From: an uncultured Pelagibacteraceae bacterium
GTDB taxonomy: Bacteria > Pseudomonadota > Alphaproteobacteria > Pelagibacterales > AG-422-B15
Assembly (NCBI GenBank): GCA_902612095.1
Contig: CACMBZ010000001.1
Span: 41,311 to 105,310 of the forward strand
Length of the DNA: 64,000 nt
Direction of reading: 5' to 3'
The position numbers were made by a program, and so were the translations under genes. A model generated the notes under the pieces. It was not told the origin of the DNA, searched no databases, and worked only from the letters and a program-made list of their open reading frames with translations. Positions 9,262 through 18,256 of the stretch are shown here, piece after piece (positions within the stretch are counted from its first letter, which is position 1; every line of letters starts with the position of its first letter).

Positions 9262-9824
9262 TGGTAAAACTCAATAAAATTTATACAAGGGCCGGTGATA
9301 AAGGCAAGACAGGGTTAGTATCTGGTAAACGTGTATTTAAGGATAATATAAGAATAAAAGCATACGGGACTGTCGATGAACTGAATTCTATACTTGGAAT
9401 TTTAAACACGAGTGCCAAATCATCTCTGAAAAAAATAATTTCAGAAATACAAAATGACTTATTTGATTTAGGTGCTGATCTCGCAACTCCAGTTGAAAAA
9501 AAACCAAAATATAAACCGCTACGCGTTACAAGCAAGCAGGTTACAAGAATTGAAAAAACAATTGACAAATATAACGCAAAGTTAGCACCCCTTAATTCTT
9601 TTGTGCTACCGGGAGGGTCTCAGTCTGCGGCATTTTTACACAACGCAAGAACTGTAACGCGCCGAGCTGAAACTCAGATTGTCGCACTTGCAAAAAAAGA
9701 AGAGGTCAACGAAGAAGCAATTAAATATATCAATCGGTTATCTGATTTATTTTTTGTTTTATCGAGAGTTGAAAACAACAATGGCAAAAAAGATATTTTG
9801 TGGAAACCTGGTAAGAATGTATAA
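9261..9824 (+). CDS. pduO: ATP:cob(I)alamin adenosyltransferase, PduO/MMAB type
   Basis: The N-terminal IYTRAGDKGKTGL motif and 187-aa length are typical of PduO-type ATR. Its start overlaps the upstream stop. Confidence 0.85.
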   Translation: MVKLNKIYTRAGDKGKTGLVSGKRVFKDNIRIKAYGTVDELNSILGILNTSAKSSLKKIISEIQNDLFDLGADLATPVEKKPKYKPLRVTSKQVTRIEKTIDKYNAKLAPLNSFVLPGGSQSAAFLHNARTVTRRAETQIVALAKKEEVNEEAIKYINRLSDLFFVLSRVENNNGKKDILWKPGKNV

Positions 9825-9867
9825 TTTATGTTTACTCAACTAAAAAAGATATTATAACACATAAATC

Positions 9868-10617
9868 ATGAAAATTTTAGTCCCTGTCAAAAGAGTTATT
9901 GATCCGTACGTTAACATCAGAGTTAAATCTGATCAAACTGGTGTTGAAACTGAGAATGTAAAAATGTCTATGAACCCCTTTTGTGAAATTGCAGTTGAAG
10001 AGGCAATTAGATTAAAAGAAGCTGGTAAAGCTGAAGAGATCATCGCTGTTTCAATCGGCAATCAATCTTGTCAAGAAACTATTCGAACGGCTCTTGCAAT
10101 GGGAGCTGACCGAGGAATACATGTGCTCACAGAAGAAAAAGTTGAGCCTATTTCAATTGCAAAAATTCTAGCAAAAATTTGTGAAAGCGAGTCACCTGGA
10201 CTAGTGATATCCGGAAAGCAAGCGATTGATGGAGATAACAATCAAACTGGTCAGATGCTTGCTGCACTAACAGATATGCCTCAAGGAACTTTTGCTTCAA
10301 AAGTAGAAATCGACGGCGACAAGGTTAAAGTCACCAGAGAAATAGATGGAGGTTTACAAACTGTAAATCTGAATATGCCCGCTATTATTACCACCGATTT
10401 AAGATTGAATGAACCTAGGTATGCTTCTCTGCCCAATATAATGAAAGCAAAAAAGAAGCCAATTGATCAAAAATCTCCTGAAGACTATGGAGTTGATGTT
10501 ACACCTAGAGTAAGTATTTTAAAAGTTATTGAACCTCCAAAGCGTCAGGCTGGAATCAAAGTCGAGAATGTTGGAGATCTTGTAGAAAAATTAAAAAATG
10601 AGGCAGGAGTTATATGA
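9868..10617 (+). CDS. etfB: electron transfer flavoprotein beta subunit
   Basis: 249 aa; [19 protein letters not shown]... is the canonical EtfB N-terminus. Confidence 0.9.
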   Translation: MKILVPVKRVIDPYVNIRVKSDQTGVETENVKMSMNPFCEIAVEEAIRLKEAGKAEEIIAVSIGNQSCQETIRTALAMGADRGIHVLTEEKVEPISIAKILAKICESESPGLVISGKQAIDGDNNQTGQMLAALTDMPQGTFASKVEIDGDKVKVTREIDGGLQTVNLNMPAIITTDLRLNEPRYASLPNIMKAKKKPIDQKSPEDYGVDVTPRVSILKVIEPPKRQAGIKVENVGDLVEKLKNEAGVI

Positions 10618-11543
10618 CATCACTTTTTTATATCGAGCATGCAAACGGAAAGGTCAGCGATCAAAGTTTAAAAGCTATAACAGCAGCGTCTCAAATTGAA
10701 GGCGATGTTCACGGACTTATTGTGGGCTCAAATATTGATGAAGCTGTTGCGGAGGCTTCAAAAATTAATGGATTGAGTAAATTACTCCACTTGGATGATG
10801 CAGCATTTGATAATGTTTTGGCTGAAAAACTTACTCAAGTTATTTTTAATATTGCCGGCGATTATGACTACTTTTTGGCTGCAGCAACAACAACTGGTAA
10901 AAATGTGATGCCTAGACTTGCTGCAAAACTTGATGTCTCTCAAATATCAGAGATCGTTGCTGTTGAAAGTGCAGATACATTTATTAGAACAATTTATGCT
11001 GGTAACGCTATTGCAACTGTACAAACATCTGACGCAAAGAAAGTTCTCACGGTTAGACCAACTGCTTTCAAAGCTGCAACAACCGACTCTGCTGAATGCG
11101 AGGTTGCAAAGATAAATGCTGAGAATATTCCATCAATTTCAGAATTTGTGGGCGAAGAGCTAACAAAATCTGATAGGCCAGAACTTACTTCTGCAAAGAC
11201 AATTATTTCAGGTGGACGTGGAATGCAAAATGGAGAAAACTTTGAACTTTTGGATAAAGTAGCTGAAAAACTTGGAGCTGCTGTTGGAGCATCTCGAGCT
11301 GCCGTTGATGCAGGCTTTGTTCCAAATGATTATCAAGTCGGGCAAACTGGTAAAGTTGTAGCACCCGAACTGTACATAGCGGTCGGAATATCAGGAGCGA
11401 TCCAGCACTTGGCTGGCATGAAAGACTCAAAAATTATAGTTGCCATAAATAAAGATGAAGAAGCACCTATATTTGATGTGGCAGACTATGGTTTGGTAGC
11501 AGACTTGTTTCAAGTTCTTCCCGAATTAGAACAAGCCTTATAA
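10614..11543 (+). CDS. etfA: electron transfer flavoprotein alpha subunit
   Basis: 309 aa with C-terminal FAD domain (ISGGRGM...[11 protein letters not shown]...[29 protein letters not shown]). 4-nt overlap with etfB. Confidence 0.9.
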   Translation: MTSLFYIEHANGKVSDQSLKAITAASQIEGDVHGLIVGSNIDEAVAEASKINGLSKLLHLDDAAFDNVLAEKLTQVIFNIAGDYDYFLAAATTTGKNVMPRLAAKLDVSQISEIVAVESADTFIRTIYAGNAIATVQTSDAKKVLTVRPTAFKAATTDSAECEVAKINAENIPSISEFVGEELTKSDRPELTSAKTIISGGRGMQNGENFELLDKVAEKLGAAVGASRAAVDAGFVPNDYQVGQTGKVVAPELYIAVGISGAIQHLAGMKDSKIIVAINKDEEAPIFDVADYGLVADLFQVLPELEQAL

Positions 11544-11547
11544 TTAT

Positions 11548-12081
11548 TTATAAATTACTATCAATATAATCTTGAAAGTAGTTACTGTCCCATTCAGTTG
11601 GACCAATAAACTTTGCTATTTGATTTCCCTCTTGATCAATAAAAAATGAAAATGGCAGTCCTGCTGCTCTTACTTCTCGTGGTATATTATTTTTATCGTC
11701 AAAGAATAAATCTATATTTTGGATTTCGTATTCATTAAAAAAATTTACTGACTTTTTCTTCGGCCCACGATCAACGCTTATTGCAAGTATCTGAAAATCT
11801 TGTTTATCATATTTTTGTTGCAATCTATCGAGTGACGGCATTTCTTCTTTGCAAGGTTCACACCATGTTGCCCAGAGATTAATTAAAAGCAACTTGCCAT
11901 TAAAATCATTTAAAGTGACATCATTGCTATTGATATCTTCGAATTTACTCAAAAAACCTTGTTTTTTTTCTATTATCAACTCATTCGCGTATGAATTTGA
12001 AGTATATAAACTGTTGCAAAAGATAAGGATTGTGGCATATACCATCAAAATTATAAATCTACTGCATAAAGAAATCATCAT
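11548..12081 (-). CDS. TlpA/ResA-like periplasmic thioredoxin-fold thiol:disulfide oxidoreductase
   Basis: Signal/TM anchor followed by the WATWCEPC active site. Confidence 0.7.
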   Translation of the reverse strand: MMISLCSRFIILMVYATILIFCNSLYTSNSYANELIIEKKQGFLSKFEDINSNDVTLNDFNGKLLLINLWATWCEPCKEEMPSLDRLQQKYDKQDFQILAISVDRGPKKKSVNFFNEYEIQNIDLFFDDKNNIPREVRAAGLPFSFFIDQEGNQIAKFIGPTEWDSNYFQDYIDSNL

Positions 12082-12108
12082 ATTTGAGAAATAAATAGTT
12101 TTAGTAAA

Positions 12109-13506
12109 ATGTCCATTAAAAAAAATAAGTTAAGAGATAGATTTAATAAAAAATCGAGTGAGTCTTTTATAAATATTAATTCGTCTTTGGAAAATGACAA
12201 ATTTTTATTTGAAGAGGATATTGAAGCATCGATTGCACACGCTACAATGCTCTCGTCTCAAAAAATAATTTCTAATAAAGACTCAAAAAAAATTATTTCC
12301 GGATTAAAAAAAATTAGGACTGAAATTAAAAATAATAAATTTATATTTGATGATAATCTTGAAGATATCCACATGAATATTGAAAGTAGACTAGAAGAGC
12401 TTATTGGTGATGCCGCTGAAAGGTTACATACTGGTAGATCTAGAAATGATCAAGTTGTAACAGATTTAAAATTATGGATGAAAAAAGATAATATACTGAT
12501 TTCAAAAAAATTAAAAAAACTGAAATCTGCGTTACTACAGGTTGCAAGTAAAAATATTTTGATTACGTTTCCAGGCCTTACTCACCTGCAAACTGCGCAG
12601 CCGATATCAGTTGGACATTTTTTTATGGCGTACTTTGAAATGTTTAACAGGGATACGAATCGATTCAGCGACTCTTTTAGAAGAATGAACGAAAATCCGC
12701 TTGGTGCAGGAGCCTTAGCGGGAACTAATTTTCCAATTAATAGAAACAAAACAACAAAAATGCTTGACTTTAAAAAACCTACAAAAAATTCATTGGATAC
12801 AGTTTCTGATCGAGATTTTGTGGTAGATTTTTTATCTAGTTCATCCTTAATGGCTGTTCACTTATCAAGGTTAGCCGAGGAAATTACTCTTTATAATTCC
12901 GATTTAGTGGGTTTCTTTAAAATCGGAGACCAATTAATGTCGAGTTCTTCAATTATGCCTCAGAAAAAGAATCCTGATGGCGCTGAATTAATAAGAGCAA
13001 AATCTTCGACAATTTCAGGAAATCTATCATCTATGCTTAACTTGCTTAAATCTCTTCCACTAACTTACAGCAAAGACCTTCAGGAAGATAAGGCGCTTGT
13101 AACCTCAACAAGTAAAAACATTCATCTTTGTCTCGATTGTATGATCGAAATAATCTCTACAATTAAAATTGAAAAATCAAACATCGAGAAAAAGCTTAAA
13201 TCTTCTTTTGCCAATGCAACTGATTTAGCAGATTGGCTAGTTATAAATCTTGGTTATTCTTTTAGAAGTGCGCACAATTTAACCGCTAAAATTGTCAACT
13301 TTGCAGAAAAAAAGAAAATAAGTTTAAATAAGATATCGATGAAGGATTATAAAAAATTTGATAAAAATATAGACAAATCTGTGTATGGATTTTTAGATTT
13401 GAAAAATAGTATTAACAATAAAAAAAGCTATGGCGGAACAGCAATATCTGAGATAAGAAAAATGATTAGTCAAGCTAGGAAAGAATTAAGTAATGAAAAA
13501 TATTAG
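12109..13506 (+). CDS. argH: argininosuccinate lyase
   Basis: 465 aa of the fumarate-lyase family (HTGRSRNDQV, SSIMPQKKNPD signature). Confidence 0.9.
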   Translation: MSIKKNKLRDRFNKKSSESFININSSLENDKFLFEEDIEASIAHATMLSSQKIISNKDSKKIISGLKKIRTEIKNNKFIFDDNLEDIHMNIESRLEELIGDAAERLHTGRSRNDQVVTDLKLWMKKDNILISKKLKKLKSALLQVASKNILITFPGLTHLQTAQPISVGHFFMAYFEMFNRDTNRFSDSFRRMNENPLGAGALAGTNFPINRNKTTKMLDFKKPTKNSLDTVSDRDFVVDFLSSSSLMAVHLSRLAEEITLYNSDLVGFFKIGDQLMSSSSIMPQKKNPDGAELIRAKSSTISGNLSSMLNLLKSLPLTYSKDLQEDKALVTSTSKNIHLCLDCMIEIISTIKIEKSNIEKKLKSSFANATDLADWLVINLGYSFRSAHNLTAKIVNFAEKKKISLNKISMKDYKKFDKNIDKSVYGFLDLKNSINNKKSYGGTAISEIRKMISQARKELSNEKY

Positions 13507-13615
13507 TATTTTGATTATTTTCTTATGTATTCTTGGTTGTGGGAAAAAAGGCTCTCTTGAATTTCCCCCAACAGAATCAAAAAGCAATTATAAAATAGAG
13601 ATCTATAAGGCTTAA
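13493..13615 (+). CDS. small lipoprotein, LptM/YifL/LppL-like (40 aa)
   Basis: Below the ORF-track cutoff. Hand translation: MKNISILIIFLCILGCGKKGSLEFPPTESKSNYKIEIYKA. It has a lipobox (ILGC) followed by GxKGxLxxP. Sits between argH and lysA and overlaps argH by 14 nt. Confidence 0.55.
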   Translation: MKNISILIIFLCILGCGKKGSLEFPPTESKSNYKIEIYKA

Positions 13616-13617
13616 AA

Positions 13618-14850
13618 ATGTCCTTTCTAAAATATGAAAATGATATCCTTAAATTTGAGGATATCTCAATAAGAGAAATTGCTGAAGGTAGACCTACACC
13701 ATTCTACTGTTATAGCAAACAAACTCTCACAAATAATTTTAGAGAGTTTTCAGATTCACTTACTTCACTTGATGCAACGGTGTGTTTTTCTCTCAAATCA
13801 AATTCAAATCTAACAATACTAAAAACTCTAACCGAACTTGAAGCGGGAGGAGATGTTGTTTCTGAGTGGGAAATGAGAAAAGCATTACAAGCAGGGATGA
13901 AACCAAATAAAATAGTTTTTTCAGGCATTGGCAAAACTGCTAGCGATATTCAATTTGCGATCAGTAATAATTGTTTACAAATCAATGCAGAATCACTCGA
14001 TGAACTTGATCATATAAATCAAATAGCTTCTGTGTCGGGAAAAATTCAGAAAGTAGGAATTAGGATTAATCCAGATATACAATCAGAAACGCACAAAAAA
14101 ATTAGCACAGGCAGTCTCGAGGATAAGTTTGGAATCAGTATAGAACAAACTTACGAAATTTTTCAGAATCGACAAAATTATCCAAATTTAGAGATTTCAT
14201 CTATAGCTTTTCATATAGGTAGCAACATTAAAGACCTAACACCATTTCAAAGAACATTTGAAATTATTGGTGAATTAGTTGCTAAAATAAATAGTGAAAC
14301 AAAAAAAATAAATACCGTTGATGTTGGTGGGGGAATTAGTCCTGAAAAAAGAAATTTTACTTTTGAAGACTATAAAAACTTAATCGTAAAATATTTTGAT
14401 ACAGAAAATCTTAAATTTATCTTTGAACCAGGTAGGCTTATAGCTGCAAATGCAGGAATATTAGTATCAAAAGTACTTTATACAAAGAATATCACTGGAA
14501 AAAAATTTGTCATTATCGACGCAGGTATGAACGATATGATGAGGCCTGCATTATACGATGCTCATCACGAAATAATGCCAGATGTTAGGACAAGTGAATA
14601 TGATGAAATAAATACAGATATAGTTGGTCCAATATGTGAGAGTTCTGACGTATTTCTCAATATTCAAAAATTTAATAAAGTAAAGAGTGGTCAATACGTC
14701 ATATTAAAAGATGTTGGGGCATATGGTTCAACGATGAGTTCAAACTATAATGCTCGACCACTTATTGAAGAGCTCATGGTAGATGGATCTCAAATAAGAA
14801 TAATTAGAAAAACTCAGTCATACGAAGACTTTATTAAAAATGAAATTTAA
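13618..14850 (+). CDS. lysA: diaminopimelate decarboxylase
   Basis: 410-aa PLP-dependent group IV decarboxylase (TPFYCYS, FSLKSN, GGGISP, EPGR, CESSD). Confidence 0.9.
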   Translation: MSFLKYENDILKFEDISIREIAEGRPTPFYCYSKQTLTNNFREFSDSLTSLDATVCFSLKSNSNLTILKTLTELEAGGDVVSEWEMRKALQAGMKPNKIVFSGIGKTASDIQFAISNNCLQINAESLDELDHINQIASVSGKIQKVGIRINPDIQSETHKKISTGSLEDKFGISIEQTYEIFQNRQNYPNLEISSIAFHIGSNIKDLTPFQRTFEIIGELVAKINSETKKINTVDVGGGISPEKRNFTFEDYKNLIVKYFDTENLKFIFEPGRLIAANAGILVSKVLYTKNITGKKFVIIDAGMNDMMRPALYDAHHEIMPDVRTSEYDEINTDIVGPICESSDVFLNIQKFNKVKSGQYVILKDVGAYGSTMSSNYNARPLIEELMVDGSQIRIIRKTQSYEDFIKNEI

Positions 14851-15236
14851 TAAGAAAAGAAGCTTCTTATCTGTTCTAATATATAATCAATATAACTGTT
14901 AATTGACCTGCTCAATTCAAATGCATTTACACTAGAGTTTTGTATAACCGCATCGATTGATATGAAAATTACTGGGGTCAATAAAAGTAGAAATGGGAGA
15001 GGAATACTTGTTTTGTTTTTTTCATAAACAACTGGTAAATTCTGATCCTTTGAATGATCCCGTTCTGCGTAAGTATTTACAATTTCTTCAATTTGTAACT
15101 TTTTATCATTTTCATAATTCTTATTTTCATGAAACCAAGAATGGTTACATCTTGTACATTTAACCTGTCTGCCAAAGCCAATATCCTCTATATTTACTAG
15201 ATACTTTGCCGAACATGATGGACAGGATATTATCAT
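14847..15236 (-). CDS. MJ0042-type zinc-ribbon protein with one TM segment
   Basis: N-terminus MIISCPSCSAKYLVNIEDIG...VKCTRCNHSW (CxxC...CxxC), then a hydrophobic segment. Confidence 0.6.
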   Translation of the reverse strand: MIISCPSCSAKYLVNIEDIGFGRQVKCTRCNHSWFHENKNYENDKKLQIEEIVNTYAERDHSKDQNLPVVYEKNKTSIPLPFLLLLTPVIFISIDAVIQNSSVNAFELSRSINSYIDYILEQIRSFFSY

Positions 15237-15296
15237 AGTCTTACTTAATTTTATTAATTGTAATTATTAGCAGTAAAATAGTGTAACTTATTTAAA

Positions 15297-15875
15297 ATGA
15301 TTAATGAATTAAAATCACATTACATTCATTTTTCTCTACTTTTATTTGTAATTATCGTACTCTTACAATTTAATTTCTTTCTCTTCAACATTCAAAGCTA
15401 TAAAAATACAGACCTTAATAAAAAAGAAATCGAAGGAATAGTCGTACTAACTGGTGATAAATTTAGAATATTAGAGGGACTTAAAATACTTAATAGTGAG
15501 ATTGGGTACAAGCTTTTAATATCAGGAGTTAATAAAGAAATTTCTATTGAGGAAATAAAAAAAGAATTTCCAAAATTTAATCAGCTGTTTAATTGTTGTG
15601 TTGAACTTGAGAGCATTTCAACAAATACCTTCGAAAATGTTAGAGAAATTTTTTTTTGGAAAAAGAATAATAATATTAAAAATATTCTATTAATAACATC
15701 TGATTACCATCTACCCAGAGTTGAACTCGAGGTAAATCGACTTTTATTAGATAAAGAAACTTTCTATTATGGTGTAAAATATGACAATCAAAAAATAAAT
15801 ATTCGTATGAAGAAATTAATTGTAGAGTATATAAAATATTTAAGGACAAAAATAAGTTTGAGTATAGGACTTTAA
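15297..15875 (+). CDS. DUF218 (YdcF/ElyC/SanA-like) protein
   Basis: N-terminal TM, then GIVVLTGDKFRILEGLKIL...LLISGVN...LITSDYHLPR, the typical DUF218 pattern. Confidence 0.6.
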   Translation: MINELKSHYIHFSLLLFVIIVLLQFNFFLFNIQSYKNTDLNKKEIEGIVVLTGDKFRILEGLKILNSEIGYKLLISGVNKEISIEEIKKEFPKFNQLFNCCVELESISTNTFENVREIFFWKKNNNIKNILLITSDYHLPRVELEVNRLLLDKETFYYGVKYDNQKINIRMKKLIVEYIKYLRTKISLSIGL

Positions 15876-15878
15876 ATT

Positions 15879-16613
15879 ATGATTTATGTAAGATCTCTTT
15901 TAGCAAATTTAGCATTTTATATTGTATTATTAATTTGTATTTTTTTTGCACCTATACTTTTTTTCTTACCTAAAATACATATGCTTGGCATCATACGTTT
16001 TCAATCAACACATACAAAATTAAGCCTTAAGCTATTTGCAAATCTAGAAGTTGAGTACCGTGGGTTAGAAAACATTCCAAGCACTCGAAAATATCTCATA
16101 GCTGCTAAACATCAATCTCTTGCAGAAGCTATTTTTCTTAATGAAGCGATTGAAACACCATCAATAATTGCAAAAAAACAATTATTATTCATACCAATTG
16201 TTGGACTTTGTTTTAAGAAAGCAAATTTCATATATGTCGATAGGAGAAAAGGGGAAACAAATATTCAGGCAATGGTGAATTCTGCAAAAAGAAGTATGGA
16301 CAATGATCCCCGTCCTTTATTAATTTTTCCTGAAGGGACCAGAACACCAGTTGGTCAACGTCGCCCATATAAGTATGGCGTTACAGCTTTGTACGATGGT
16401 CTCAAAATTCCTTGTCTACCAGTTGCAATTAATTGTGGTTACTTTTGGTCAAGGAGACGATTTCTTCGTTATCCTGGTAAAATGGTAATTGAATTTTTAA
16501 AACCAATTGAGCCAGGGCTAGATAAAACTGAATTTACAGAAAAATTATATAATTCTATTGAAAATCAATCTGATAAACTGCTTGAAGAGGCCAAGATTAA
16601 ATATCCAAAATGA
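15879..16613 (+). CDS. plsC: 1-acyl-sn-glycerol-3-phosphate acyltransferase
   Basis: Acyltransferase blocks AAKHQSLAEA (HxxxxD variant) and IFPEGTRT. Confidence 0.8.
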   Translation: MIYVRSLLANLAFYIVLLICIFFAPILFFLPKIHMLGIIRFQSTHTKLSLKLFANLEVEYRGLENIPSTRKYLIAAKHQSLAEAIFLNEAIETPSIIAKKQLLFIPIVGLCFKKANFIYVDRRKGETNIQAMVNSAKRSMDNDPRPLLIFPEGTRTPVGQRRPYKYGVTALYDGLKIPCLPVAINCGYFWSRRRFLRYPGKMVIEFLKPIEPGLDKTEFTEKLYNSIENQSDKLLEEAKIKYPK

Positions 16614-17344
16614 AGATATTTTCATTTAATAGAATAATCATTTTGGTATTGGCTATTTTGCTCATTTATTCAATTTATTGGATGTTTATTTCTTTTCAGT
16701 TGAAATCCCAATTATCAAGTAACCTTGAAAGATACAACATTAAGTATAACGACTTGAGGGTGACGGGGTATCCTTACAGAATATCAGGTTTGATTGTAAA
16801 TCCTAATCTCAACAGATCAGATAGCCTATCTAATATAGAAATAGGAAATATAAAAATTGATATGAATCCTTTCGATATAAGTAAACTAATGATGAGAACG
16901 GATAAAATAAATAGTTCATTTAATGAAGACGACTCTTTAAATTTTTTTTTGAATGATATTCAGCTCAGATTGTCGATGGATAAAGGACAAATTAATGAGA
17001 TTTATTCAATTTCAAATGATATGAGTCTGAACATAGGTGATTACAATATAGAGAATATAAGAAAAATTATTTTTAAAATGAATAAAGTTAATGAGAATGG
17101 CTATCGTGTTTTTTTTACAGCCGTTGCATCAAATGTTTTAGACTCATTTAAAAATGAAACAAGAATTTTGCTAGAGGGAAAAATTTCTGATTTAAGTACA
17201 AATTTAAATGGCAATATTCAACTAAACGTATCAAATGTTGAAAACAATGATAATTTGTTTAGCACCCCTTTAGTAATTAAAAATGGAATTATTTCTGTGC
17301 TTTTCATCCCTTTGATCGATTTAAAGGAATTATTTTCTTTTTGA
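16610..17344 (+). CDS. membrane-anchored hypothetical protein, possibly DUF2125-like
   Basis: N-terminal TM helix. The motif ...LRVTGYPYRISGLIVNPNL resembles the GFPxR block of alphaproteobacterial DUF2125 (weak, from memory). ATGA overlap with plsC. Confidence 0.4.
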   Translation: MKIFSFNRIIILVLAILLIYSIYWMFISFQLKSQLSSNLERYNIKYNDLRVTGYPYRISGLIVNPNLNRSDSLSNIEIGNIKIDMNPFDISKLMMRTDKINSSFNEDDSLNFFLNDIQLRLSMDKGQINEIYSISNDMSLNIGDYNIENIRKIIFKMNKVNENGYRVFFTAVASNVLDSFKNETRILLEGKISDLSTNLNGNIQLNVSNVENNDNLFSTPLVIKNGIISVLFIPLIDLKELFSF

Positions 17345-18256
17345 TCTACCAAAATCGGCATCAGAAGTGTCTTGACCTGCTTTAATTATTTTCTCACGCA
17401 CAATTCTTGTTTTTGAAAATAACTTATACAAACTATCTCCGTCTTCCCACCGTATTGATTTTTGTATAGCACTCAGATCTTCAGAAAATCTACCAATCAT
17501 TTCTAATACAGCTTCTCTGTTTGCCAAAATTACATCTCTCCACATAGTAGGATCTGAGGAAGCAATTCTTGTGAAATCTCTAAATCCACTCGCGCTATAC
17601 TTAACAATATCTGATTTTGTAAAGTTTTCTAAATCAGCTGCTGTATGGACCATATTATAAGCAATTAGATGGGGCAAATGAGAAGTCACTGCCATTACTT
17701 TGTCATGTCTAGAAGGAGTCATAGTTTCTACTTTGCTTCCCAATTTTTTCCAAAAAGTTTTTACTTTATTTATGTCTCTGGTTTTATTGCCTTTTAAAGG
17801 TGTAATTATGCACCATCTTTCTTCGAATAGTTCAGCAAAGCCAGCTTTTGGCCCACTTTTTTCAGTACCAGCAATAGGATGAGCAGGTACAAAATTTATC
17901 TTTTTTTTAATTAAACTTTCGACTTCTGAAATTGAAGACTCTTTCGCAGATCCAACATCTGTTACAATGGCATCTTTATTAAGATGTGGTGATATCTTTT
18001 TAAAAATACTTTTGTAACTGCTTAAGTGAGTACAAATAATAACCAAATCTGAATTCTTTACGCAGTCTGATATATTATTTTTTATTTCACTTGTTAATTT
18101 AAGTTTTTTAGCGATAGTTCTTGTTTTTAAAGACCTGGAGTAACCAGAGGTAATTTCTGCTAGTTTTTTCTTTTTTATAGCTAAGGCAATAGAAGAACCT
18201 ATTAAACCCAAACCAATTATACTAATTTTTTTAAATGGTCTCTTCTTACTTGGCAT
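17330..18256 (-). CDS. tyrC: prephenate/arogenate dehydrogenase
   Basis: 308 aa; Rossmann ISIIGLGLIGSSIALA, then ...PAHPIAGTEKSG, ...SHLPHLIA. Confidence 0.8.
   Translation of the reverse strand: MPSKKRPFKKISIIGLGLIGSSIALAIKKKKLAEITSGYSRSLKTRTIAKKLKLTSEIKNNISDCVKNSDLVIICTHLSSYKSIFKKISPHLNKDAIVTDVGSAKESSISEVESLIKKKINFVPAHPIAGTEKSGPKAGFAELFEERWCIITPLKGNKTRDINKVKTFWKKLGSKVETMTPSRHDKVMAVTSHLPHLIAYNMVHTAADLENFTKSDIVKYSASGFRDFTRIASSDPTMWRDVILANREAVLEMIGRFSEDLSAIQKSIRWEDGDSLYKLFSKTRIVREKIIKAGQDTSDADFGRSKRK

Noticed and set aside
4061-11543. The higher G+C of the EMC genes as evidence of recent horizontal acquisition. The line at 6301-6360 is 45% G+C, against 15% at 12301-12360 in argH.
   Set aside because: Equally conserved housekeeping genes show the same elevated G+C (atpD line 36301-36360 is 43%). 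The heterogeneity therefore tracks protein conservation rather than foreign origin. No mobile-element scars flank the cluster.
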